From Bacteroidia bacterium (GTDB lineage Bacteria > Bacteroidota > Bacteroidia > 2-12-FULL-35-15), in contig DAORKB010000002.1 of the NCBI GenBank assembly GCA_035439365.1, positions 1 to 51,811 of the forward strand: 51,811 nt of DNA. The letters run 5' to 3'. The notes beneath the pieces were generated by a model. That model ran no database searches. It was not told the origin of the DNA and was given only the letters and a program-made list of their open reading frames with translations. Below, piece by piece: positions 9,521 through 16,975 of this stretch. A program made the translations under genes and the position numbers. Numbering within the stretch: position 1 is the first letter of the stretch; each line of letters opens with the position of its first letter.

Positions 9521-10177
9521 TTATTCAATTTCCCCCAGCATTACCTCCCAAACACTTCTCTTCTCTCCCCCAAAATCCTTCTCCACTTTTCGAACAATTG
9601 TTCTCGCCTGTTGAATCTGCATGTCGTCAAATTCCATTTTCTTATTTCGGTATGCTTGTATTTTCACCTTTCCACTAATCACTCCTTTATATACAGGTAA
9701 ACTGTCAACTCTAACCAATGTCGACAAAACCACCGAATCCGTTTTTACTTTTATAGAATCATAACCACCTTTATAAATTTCATCCAAAAATTTTGAAACC
9801 GGCTTGGATTCTTTTATACCTGTTAAAGGGATCGCTACCAACTCCTGATCCGATTCAAACAGATCAATGATTTGTTTTCGTACTTCCTGTCTCAGTTGTT
9901 TATCATACTGCTTATTGGAAATAATTTCAACGTAATTGATAAAATCGGCGAGTTTTTCCGCACCACGCTGCTGAAAAACCACCAGCTGTTCTGCTGTTAA
10001 TGAGTCAGATTCAAAAGTTTGCTCTAAATCAGTAGGCAATACCTGAGAAAGGTTTTTATCGACCGCTATCGAATCCATAGCGAACATCTTTTCCTCATGC
10101 GAAGGTCCACAGGAGATCAGGGTACTGAGTAAACCCAATACCATTGCAAACACAAGTATATGGATGTATTTTTTCAT
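9521..10177 (-). CDS. Hypothetical lipoprotein
   Basis: 218-aa ORF. Signal peptide with lipobox LISCG. Its ATG overlaps the stop of the upstream gene by 4 nt (ATGA). Confidence 0.7.
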   Translation of the reverse strand: MKKYIHILVFAMVLGLLSTLISCGPSHEEKMFAMDSIAVDKNLSQVLPTDLEQTFESDSLTAEQLVVFQQRGAEKLADFINYVEIISNKQYDKQLRQEVRKQIIDLFESDQELVAIPLTGIKESKPVSKFLDEIYKGGYDSIKVKTDSVVLSTLVRVDSLPVYKGVISGKVKIQAYRNKKMEFDDMQIQQARTIVRKVEKDFGGEKRSVWEVMLGEIE

Positions 10178-11163
10178 GGCTGCGCGTTAACCTGTATAAA
10201 TCTCACAAGCGAAAGTTGGTTCTTATTGTAATGTGTTTCTATAATTTCAATATTCTTTAAGCTCTTTAAAGGCATAGTTAGCTTATCAATAAACTCTTTT
10301 TTATTGTACAGCTCCATACCCGTACCATCCACATATACCTGAAAAATTTTGGCATCTGCTGCAATCATATCCTCCAATTGCAAGCGACGTTGTCTCCAAT
10401 CTTTCAGTTTAGCAGTAGAAAAATAATGGATCATCAACGCATAGTCGTTCGTTTGCAACTTTATTTCTTCATTCAGGTCCTTTTCCAAAACACGAACAAT
10501 AGTATCCGGCTTATAATAAGGTGAGTTCACCAAAAATTGAAGCTGATCCTGGTTTGAGTTCACTTCAAAGCATCCCCGCTCATCACATTTAATAACTACA
10601 GGCGACTCTCCTGCTTTTATTAATTTTACTTCCAGTTTTGCATTGGGCACCGGCGGTCTCCCATTCAAATCTGTAAAGCAACAATGATATTTTTTTGTTG
10701 CATTTCCAAATAACAGAATGATCATAACACTAATTGCAACACTCAACAAGGTCCATTGCAGGTATTTTTTCGAAGGCTTTTTCTCCGTTTTTAAAATTCC
10801 GGGTTTTTTCTCCGGTTCATCAATCGGTTTTACTTCATTTTTTACTTCACTTTCTACCCTTTCGTTTGTAAAACTTCCTTTCTGATTTGTAAAATCCCTC
10901 CAATCCTGATAACCGGCATACGCACTTAGCATATTTAGCATATCAATCCGTGGCATTTTCTCACCTTTCGATTTGATATGGGTATAAAACCATTTTTCAC
11001 TGATCCGCCCCTTTACTTTTTGCATCAATTCCTCTTGAAAATTGATAATATCCTGCCCCTTCCATAATTCAATTGGAGCATTACATGAAGGATAAACCTG
11101 ACGATAAGTATCGGCAAGTTCCTTTTTCAAAAGTTCAAACAATTCGGTTTCGGTCAAAAGCAT
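10174..11163 (-). CDS. Single-pass membrane protein: cytoplasmic N-terminal domain, TM helix, CarboxypepD_reg-like extracytoplasmic domain
   Basis: 329-aa ORF with no signal peptide. Central TM WTLLSVAISVMIILLFG. The segment after the TM, CCFTDLNGRPPVPNAKLEVKLIKAG...CDERGCFEV, resembles carboxypeptidase-regulatory-like folds. Confidence 0.7.
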   Translation of the reverse strand: MLLTETELFELLKKELADTYRQVYPSCNAPIELWKGQDIINFQEELMQKVKGRISEKWFYTHIKSKGEKMPRIDMLNMLSAYAGYQDWRDFTNQKGSFTNERVESEVKNEVKPIDEPEKKPGILKTEKKPSKKYLQWTLLSVAISVMIILLFGNATKKYHCCFTDLNGRPPVPNAKLEVKLIKAGESPVVIKCDERGCFEVNSNQDQLQFLVNSPYYKPDTIVRVLEKDLNEEIKLQTNDYALMIHYFSTAKLKDWRQRRLQLEDMIAADAKIFQVYVDGTGMELYNKKEFIDKLTMPLKSLKNIEIIETHYNKNQLSLVRFIQVNAQP

Positions 11164-11201
11164 GATGATGAGTAAAAGTAAGATTTTTCATAAAAAGATC
11201 C

Positions 11202-11252
11202 CTTGTAAAATCGAAAATCCATTTGTAAAATAATTTACAAGCCCTTTACAAG
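11202..11252. promoter_or_regulatory. Operator-like array of four yTTGTAAA half-sites, including an 18-bp palindrome TTGTAAA-ATAA-TTTACAA
   Basis: CTTGTAAAAT 11202-11211; TTTGTAAAAT 11222-11231; TTTACAAG 11234-11241; TTTACAAG 11245-11252. The array lies in the divergent intergenic region between 11163(-) and 11340(+). Confidence 0.45.
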
Positions 11253-11283
11253 CGTTTTTCCGGGCATCCCTACCCCTTCCATC

Positions 11284-11291
11284 TATGTTTG
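11284..11291 (+). promoter_or_regulatory. Bacteroidota-type -7 promoter box (TAnnTTTG) for the vWA gene
   Basis: TATGTTTG lies 48 nt upstream of the ATG at 11340. Confidence 0.4.
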
Positions 11292-11339
11292 CAATGTTCA
11301 ATGGAACAAAAATTCAAACAACTAAAAACAATAGGAAAC

Positions 11340-12953
11340 ATGAAAAAAAATGAAAAAGGGGCCGGAAAATTATCTAACCGAATGATCCGGGTAGTATTGA
11401 GTATCAGTATAGGAACTGCACTTTGGGGATGCGGACCGAGCTTGGAAGAAAGAGCAAGAAGAGATGAAATTTCTGCCATTCAAAACCAGGATCTGTATGT
11501 GGATCATGATATTATCGCTCGTCCATACAATGCCGAAGAATATGCACCCATTCAGGAAAATGAATTCCACGATGCGACCCAACATCCACTTTCAACCTTT
11601 TCCATTGATGTGGACAAAGCATCGTATAGTAACATAAGACGTTTCCTTACTCAAAACGAAATGCCGCCAAAAGATGCGGTTCGAATTGAAGAAATGGTCA
11701 ATTACTTTAAATACGATTACCCTCAACCAACCGGTGAAGATCCATTTGCGGTGCAAACCGAAATGTCGCAATGCCCATGGAACAAACAACACCAATTGAT
11801 CAATATCGGCATTCAGGGAAAATCCATCGATCACAATAAATTAAGTCCAAGCAACCTGGTTTTTCTGATAGATGTATCCGGTTCTATGAATGATGCGAAT
11901 AAACTTCCTTTATTAAAAGCATCTCTAAAAATGCTCGTTGAAGAACTGAGCGAAAAGGATCATGTCGCACTGGTAGCTTATGCCGGTAGTGCCGGATTGG
12001 TTTTACCATCTACTTCCTGCAAAGACAAAGAGACTATTATCGATGCACTTGATGATTTAAGTGCTGGTGGATCCACTGCCGGTGGCGAAGGAATTAAACT
12101 GGCGTATAAAGTAGCAAAAGAAAACCTGATTGAAGGTGGTAACAACCGGGTGATCCTGGCAACAGATGGGGATTTTAATGTAGGCGTATCCAGTCCGGAA
12201 GAGCTATTAGAAATTATCAGAACCAGGAAAAACGAAAACATCTATCTGACCGTTTGTGGTTTTGGTTCAGGCAATTTTAAAGATGGAACCATGGAAAAGA
12301 TCAGCGATCAGGGTAATGGCAATTATTTCTATATCGATAACATTCAGGAAGCAAAAAAAGTATTTGTTACTGAAATGCGTGGTAATATGTTTACCATTGC
12401 CAAAGACGTAAAAATTCAGATTGAATTTAATCCGGCGTATGTACAATCATACCGACTGGTAGGTTATGAAAACCGCTTGTTAAACAAAGAAGATTTTAAT
12501 AATGATAAAAAAGATGCCGGTGAATTGGGAGCTGGTCATACGGTAACTGCACTTTATGAAATTGTACCGGTTGGTGCTCCTGCAAAAGTTGATAAATTAA
12601 GATATCAAACAGCTGAGGCAAAAACAAAATCATCAGAACTCAATAACAATGAATTGATGTTATTAAAACTTCGTTACAAACCGATTCATAGTGATGAGAG
12701 TAAATTGATCAAACAAGTGGTATTCAACAAACCGGTTGCTGCTGATCAAACTTCCGACAATTTCCGTTTTGCTGCTGCGGTAGCAGGGTTTGGTATGCTG
12801 TTACGCGAATCAGAAAATGTTGATCATTTCAGTTATGCGGACGATCAGGCTTTGGCGAAGACAGCTCTTTCAAAAGATGAAGAAGGGTATCGTGCCGAAT
12901 TCGCTAAATTAATTGAAACAGCTTCCTTGCTGGGAAAAGGAAAAGAAGAGTAG
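11340..12953 (+). CDS. von Willebrand factor A domain lipoprotein, YfbK-like (vWA + DUF3520-type C-terminus)
   Basis: MIDAS motif LVFLIDVSGSMND. The N-terminal pre-vWA region and the C-terminal region are typical of the YfbK family. Start set at the ATG at 11340 (MKKNEK...LWGCGPS lipobox) rather than the ORF-track start at 11289. Confidence 0.88.
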   Translation: MKKNEKGAGKLSNRMIRVVLSISIGTALWGCGPSLEERARRDEISAIQNQDLYVDHDIIARPYNAEEYAPIQENEFHDATQHPLSTFSIDVDKASYSNIRRFLTQNEMPPKDAVRIEEMVNYFKYDYPQPTGEDPFAVQTEMSQCPWNKQHQLINIGIQGKSIDHNKLSPSNLVFLIDVSGSMNDANKLPLLKASLKMLVEELSEKDHVALVAYAGSAGLVLPSTSCKDKETIIDALDDLSAGGSTAGGEGIKLAYKVAKENLIEGGNNRVILATDGDFNVGVSSPEELLEIIRTRKNENIYLTVCGFGSGNFKDGTMEKISDQGNGNYFYIDNIQEAKKVFVTEMRGNMFTIAKDVKIQIEFNPAYVQSYRLVGYENRLLNKEDFNNDKKDAGELGAGHTVTALYEIVPVGAPAKVDKLRYQTAEAKTKSSELNNNELMLLKLRYKPIHSDESKLIKQVVFNKPVAADQTSDNFRFAAAVAGFGMLLRESENVDHFSYADDQALAKTALSKDEEGYRAEFAKLIETASLLGKGKEE

Positions 12954-12970
12954 CCATTGGTAAAATTCTT

Positions 12971-13095
12971 TAACGGACAGATGATGCGTGTAAAGGTCCG
13001 TTCGATGGCAGTCGAGAACTTTGCATAGGCTTAGAAAGCACAAAAAGCTTGCACACAGTTCTCAACTGCCATCTAACGGACACAACGCACACCTT
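12971..13095. repeat. Long imperfect palindromic intergenic repeat (full copy), same family as 1..52
   Basis: Arms gtccgttcgatggcagtcgagaact (12996-13020) and agttctcaactgccatctaacggac (13057-13081) match 23/25 as reverse complements. The outer atgcgtgt / acaacgcac segments extend the pairing. Confidence 0.65.
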
Positions 13096-13134
13096 CCCCT
13101 AATTTCATACGTTTTAATCTTTAACTTTAATTCC

Positions 13135-13824
13135 ATGAACACCCATTTTCGTAAACTGTTCCGTTTTCTTATCATTCTTATTTCATCGGTGATTAGTTTT
13201 GTTTTTCTATACACTGCCGCGGTTGTTATTTTATCTGGCCTGCCTTCTCGTATACCTCGTATCATGGAACCCAAACAGCCAGATGAGGTTGATATTTTTA
13301 TCCTTTCAAATGGGGTTCATACCGATTTGGTTTTACCGGCAACAACCAACCAAATGGATTGGAAAAAACGACTCACCGAAAACAGTACCTGCCTGGATAG
13401 TGCCGTTAAATGGATTGCCTTTGGTTGGGGCGACAAAGGGTTCTACCTCGAAACACCTACCTGGAACGATTTAAAATGGAGCACCGCAGGTAAAGCTGCT
13501 TTTGCATTGGGAGGTACCGCCATGCATGTATCTACATATAAATCACTAACAGAAAATGATCACTGCAAAAAAATCAGCATCTCTAATGAAAATTACGCAA
13601 AACTGATTGAATACATTGATAGCAGCTTTTATAAAAACAAGGATAGCAGCTACGTAGGAATTCCCAATCAACATTACAATGAAACGGATGCTTTTTACGA
13701 AGCCAACGGAAGTTATAGTCTTTTTAAAACGTGCAACACCTGGACCAATGATGGGTTAAAGGTTACAGGAGCAAAAGCGTGCTTATGGACCGTAATAGAT
13801 AAAGGTATATTTTGGCATTATTAA
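13135..13824 (+). CDS. DUF2459 / TIGR02117-family protein
   Basis: IFILSNGVHTDLVLPA and WIAFGWGDKGFYLETPTW motifs. Start moved to the ATG at 13135 (MNTHFRKLF + TM) because 13021-13134 is the palindromic repeat. Confidence 0.8.
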   Translation: MNTHFRKLFRFLIILISSVISFVFLYTAAVVILSGLPSRIPRIMEPKQPDEVDIFILSNGVHTDLVLPATTNQMDWKKRLTENSTCLDSAVKWIAFGWGDKGFYLETPTWNDLKWSTAGKAAFALGGTAMHVSTYKSLTENDHCKKISISNENYAKLIEYIDSSFYKNKDSSYVGIPNQHYNETDAFYEANGSYSLFKTCNTWTNDGLKVTGAKACLWTVIDKGIFWHY

Positions 13825-13874
13825 CTTTCATCCTTTAAATTCTATGTGGCTATGTGGTTAAATAAAAATGAAGG

Positions 13875-15260
13875 TTAAGGAGCCTTTCTTTTTTTCATCA
13901 CTGAATGCAGTGTAAACAAAATCACCAAAGGAAACACCCAGATAAGCCGCCCTTGAAAACGATCAGCAACCATAGAAAGCGCAGCGCAAACAATTGCATT
14001 GAATACTAATCCAGTCACAACAAGGAATAACATAATTTGCAACGAAGACGGAACAAGCTCTCTGTTCTTTCTTACAAAAAAAACGATCAATCCTATAATC
14101 ACGCAGATAATAACCAATAAAAACTGGATATAAGTAATGGTGGTATAAGTAAATGCATGACTGAATTGCTTACTGTGAATGTATTGCTGATAATCCTGTT
14201 TAAAACGCCATTCAATGTTTCCAAATACAGGAGACCCCTTACCCATTGGCGCTAGCGGCTCAACATTAAAATGAAAAAATTGGATAAAAGCCTCTTTCAT
14301 AGCAAAGATAAAATACGCTTTTACATTCGCCGGTGACGAAAAAATAGCTTTGGTCAATGCACTGTACTCTTCATTCTTCAAACCCCAGCATTCCATCTCA
14401 TGCTTATTGGCACCAATACACCCATCCTTATAAAGAGGGCTCTCACTATCCCACAAAAAAACAGGTGATTTACCGGGTAAATTATCTTTGTACTTACACA
14501 TCGGTATTGAATTATCCGCACAATGTTCATCTAAATAATTTTTTAAAATTCCACTTTCCACCAGCCTACCCATTATAAAAACGGATGGCGCCCGTGATAC
14601 TTTAAAACCAACACCCGACAAATAGTTAATACTGGGAATTAATAACCAGGCACTACTAATCAAAATAGCCGTTAAAAAAAAGTGCTTGACAGAAATGAGC
14701 GTCATCTTTTTGAATAATCCTTTTAAAATGAGGATCGTTAAAAGTAAACCCGTAACTATAATCAGGTTGGAAGCATGAACCAACAAGGAAAGTACAACCA
14801 AAATACCCAAACAAATTTTTAAGAATTTTTCTTGGGGAGGGTTTATTAAAAGTATACCAGTACCGATAAGCATTACTCCTGTAAAAATATCCGCCATGAT
14901 CTGACTTGTGTAGTTTGCCAGGCCCGTTGTTAAACTCAAGAAAAGAACGATTGAAAGCGTTACCAGCCAATTCTTTGAAAACTGAAAAAAGCTCCGAACA
15001 AACATCCACAATATAAACCAAACAATAATTGCCTGCATGATCACGACCAACCATAAACTGGTGGCCAAACTGATGTGCCTGATAAAAAAACCATACATGA
15101 TGGGTCTGTCAAATGGAATACGACCACTAAAACCTGTAGCAATATAAGTTCCGGTATCGGAATAAACCAAGGGGTAGCCATTTATCAAGGCTGGCATTAC
15201 CAATATGAAGACAGAAGCTGCAAAAGAAAGTATTTCAAATAAATAATTTTTCTTACTCAT
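13875..15260 (-). CDS. Polytopic integral membrane protein (GT-C-like; function uncertain)
   Basis: About 10 or more hydrophobic helices plus a Cys-containing loop domain. The ORF-track start at 15284 is TTG; the ATG at 15260 (MSKKNY) is preferred. Confidence 0.75.
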   Translation of the reverse strand: MSKKNYLFEILSFAASVFILVMPALINGYPLVYSDTGTYIATGFSGRIPFDRPIMYGFFIRHISLATSLWLVVIMQAIIVWFILWMFVRSFFQFSKNWLVTLSIVLFLSLTTGLANYTSQIMADIFTGVMLIGTGILLINPPQEKFLKICLGILVVLSLLVHASNLIIVTGLLLTILILKGLFKKMTLISVKHFFLTAILISSAWLLIPSINYLSGVGFKVSRAPSVFIMGRLVESGILKNYLDEHCADNSIPMCKYKDNLPGKSPVFLWDSESPLYKDGCIGANKHEMECWGLKNEEYSALTKAIFSSPANVKAYFIFAMKEAFIQFFHFNVEPLAPMGKGSPVFGNIEWRFKQDYQQYIHSKQFSHAFTYTTITYIQFLLVIICVIIGLIVFFVRKNRELVPSSLQIMLFLVVTGLVFNAIVCAALSMVADRFQGRLIWVFPLVILFTLHSVMKKRKAP

Positions 15261-15451
15261 AGTACTGATGATAATCGGTTCCAAAGCTACAAATGTAAAT
15301 TGAATGATTTCATCTTTTCTTTGAACTGATACATCAACTAATCTACAAATCCGATGTCCCTATGCCGTTAAAAACAAACACACAGCACATAGGTCAGTCG
15401 TTTTTTAGTCTCTCCATTTTCCCCTATTTTCGTATAAAAAAACAATACGAC

Positions 15452-16120
15452 ATGAAGAAAAACAGCGCGCTTAGATGGATGCTTGCAACGATCATTTTTG
15501 TAAGTATTTCAACAAGAACAACTGCTCAGGGCGGGGAAGAAGATTCAAAATCTGTACATAAAGGCACAATAACCCTGGATGCATATTATGGATTTCCGAA
15601 TATTATCCTGAATTCCTTAAAACAGGAATTGGCCTCATCCAATACAAAAACCAAATACACTTCTACCAATACAGGACCAATGGGAATTCGGGGAGAAGCG
15701 TTTATTGCCGACCATGTTGCTTTTGGATTGGATGTTAATTACTCCGCCGGAAGTGTATTTTGGGAGGAAGAAACTAACTCAAATTCAAATATTCCCAAAA
15801 TCGTTAAAAATGATATTTCTTTCACCCGGTTGCGGGTATTGGCCAAATGCAATTTTCACTTCGGAGCAACAGAAAAATTTGACTGGTATGCCGGCGGAGG
15901 AATAGGCTACAATTCCACTGTATTTACAAAACACGTAGATGGCGAAGAATCATACTATTCACCTTACGAATCTATTTTCACCTACTTTTCTGCATTTCCT
16001 TTAAGCTGGAGAATTAATTTTGGCGGAAAATATTATTTCACTGATAATATCGGTGCCGGAGTAGAAATTGGACTTTCAGGTGGACCACTTGCATCTGCTT
16101 GCATCAGTGCTAAATTTTAA
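15452..16120 (+). CDS. Outer-membrane beta-barrel protein (OmpW/porin-like small barrel)
   Basis: Signal peptide MKKNSALRWMLATIIFVSISTRTTAQG (ATG 15452). Alternating-hydrophobic strands and a C-terminal aromatic residue (ISAKF). Paralogous to the next gene. Confidence 0.8.
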   Translation: MKKNSALRWMLATIIFVSISTRTTAQGGEEDSKSVHKGTITLDAYYGFPNIILNSLKQELASSNTKTKYTSTNTGPMGIRGEAFIADHVAFGLDVNYSAGSVFWEEETNSNSNIPKIVKNDISFTRLRVLAKCNFHFGATEKFDWYAGGGIGYNSTVFTKHVDGEESYYSPYESIFTYFSAFPLSWRINFGGKYYFTDNIGAGVEIGLSGGPLASACISAKF

Positions 16121-16136
16121 TACAGAGGATTAGATT

Positions 16137-16802
16137 ATGAAGAATAAACTACTACGATTGGTTTTTACATCGCTGATTTTTGGAGGTATAACAACAAACA
16201 CATGGGCTCAGGACGCAGAGGGAGCTGAGGCAAAATGCGTAGAAAAGGGTACATTTCTGGTGGATGTATACTATGGATTTCCAAATGTATTGCTTAACGC
16301 TGTGAGGAAAGAACTTGCTGAATCCAATTATAATTCCGCATCTACTTATACGAGTTTCGGGCCGATCGGAATCCGTGGAGAGTATTTCGTTGCCAACCAT
16401 GTTGCACTGGGAGTCGAAGTCAATTATTCGGCAGCCACGATAAACTGGGATGAAAATGAAACAGGGTCTATTTCAAATCCCAAAATCATTAAACATGAAC
16501 TTGCTTACACCAGATTAAGGATGCTCGCTAAATTTAGCTTTCATTTTGGACCAAACGAAAAGTTAGATTTTTACACAGGTGGAGGAATCGGAACAAATCG
16601 AACCGTATTTACGGAACTTGAAGATGGTATCTCAACTTCGGGCACTTACACCACTTATTACGGTGCATTAACTACGATCCCCATTAGCTGGCGCATTAAT
16701 TTTGGTGCAAAATATTATTTTACAAAAAATATTGGTGCCGGTGCAGAAGTCGGATTTTGTGGTGCCCCCTTAGCATCTCTTGGCATTTGTTTTAAATTTT
16801 AG
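16137..16802 (+). CDS. Outer-membrane beta-barrel protein, tandem paralogue of 15452..16120
   Basis: 221 aa, collinear similarity to the previous gene (KGTFLVDVYYGFPNVLLNAVRKELAESN vs KGTITLDAYYGFPNIILNSLKQELASSN; WRINFGAKYYFTKNIGAGAEVG vs WRINFGGKYYFTDNIGAGVEIG). Ends in F. Confidence 0.85.
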   Translation: MKNKLLRLVFTSLIFGGITTNTWAQDAEGAEAKCVEKGTFLVDVYYGFPNVLLNAVRKELAESNYNSASTYTSFGPIGIRGEYFVANHVALGVEVNYSAATINWDENETGSISNPKIIKHELAYTRLRMLAKFSFHFGPNEKLDFYTGGGIGTNRTVFTELEDGISTSGTYTTYYGALTTIPISWRINFGAKYYFTKNIGAGAEVGFCGAPLASLGICFKF

Positions 16803-16852
16803 CACCAACATTCTGTTTTTTCATTGCCTACTTTACACTTTAAAATCGTAAC

Positions 16853-16887
16853 AAATGCATCCTTTTTAGGGTGCATTTATTTTTTTA
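16853..16887 (+). terminator. Rho-independent terminator after the OMP pair
   Basis: AAATGCATCCT-ttt-AGGGTGCATTT (11 bp including one G-U pair) followed by ATTTTTTTAT. Confidence 0.8.
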
Positions 16888-16975
16888 TATCGTTCTAAAA
16901 TAATCTTTCAACCACCTCGTTTTCTACTCATTTTTACAATACATTTACATCTCAAATCCTAACAAACCCACCCAC

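Noticed and set aside
13021-13134. N-terminal 38 codons of ORF 13021..13824
   Set aside because: This stretch is the 3' arm of the palindromic repeat. A proper ATG with a TM/signal-like segment starts at 13135.
14656-15054. Nested and antisense ORFs inside long genes (for example 3039..3266, 6135..6395, 14656..15054, 17471..17899, 19214..19534, 24072..24470, 30172..30594, 45293..45649, 48455..48760, 49025..49354)
   Set aside because: All lie within, or antisense to, genes with clear family motifs. Their compositions are odd (Cys/His/Ile-rich, low complexity), as expected for chance ORFs in AT-rich DNA.
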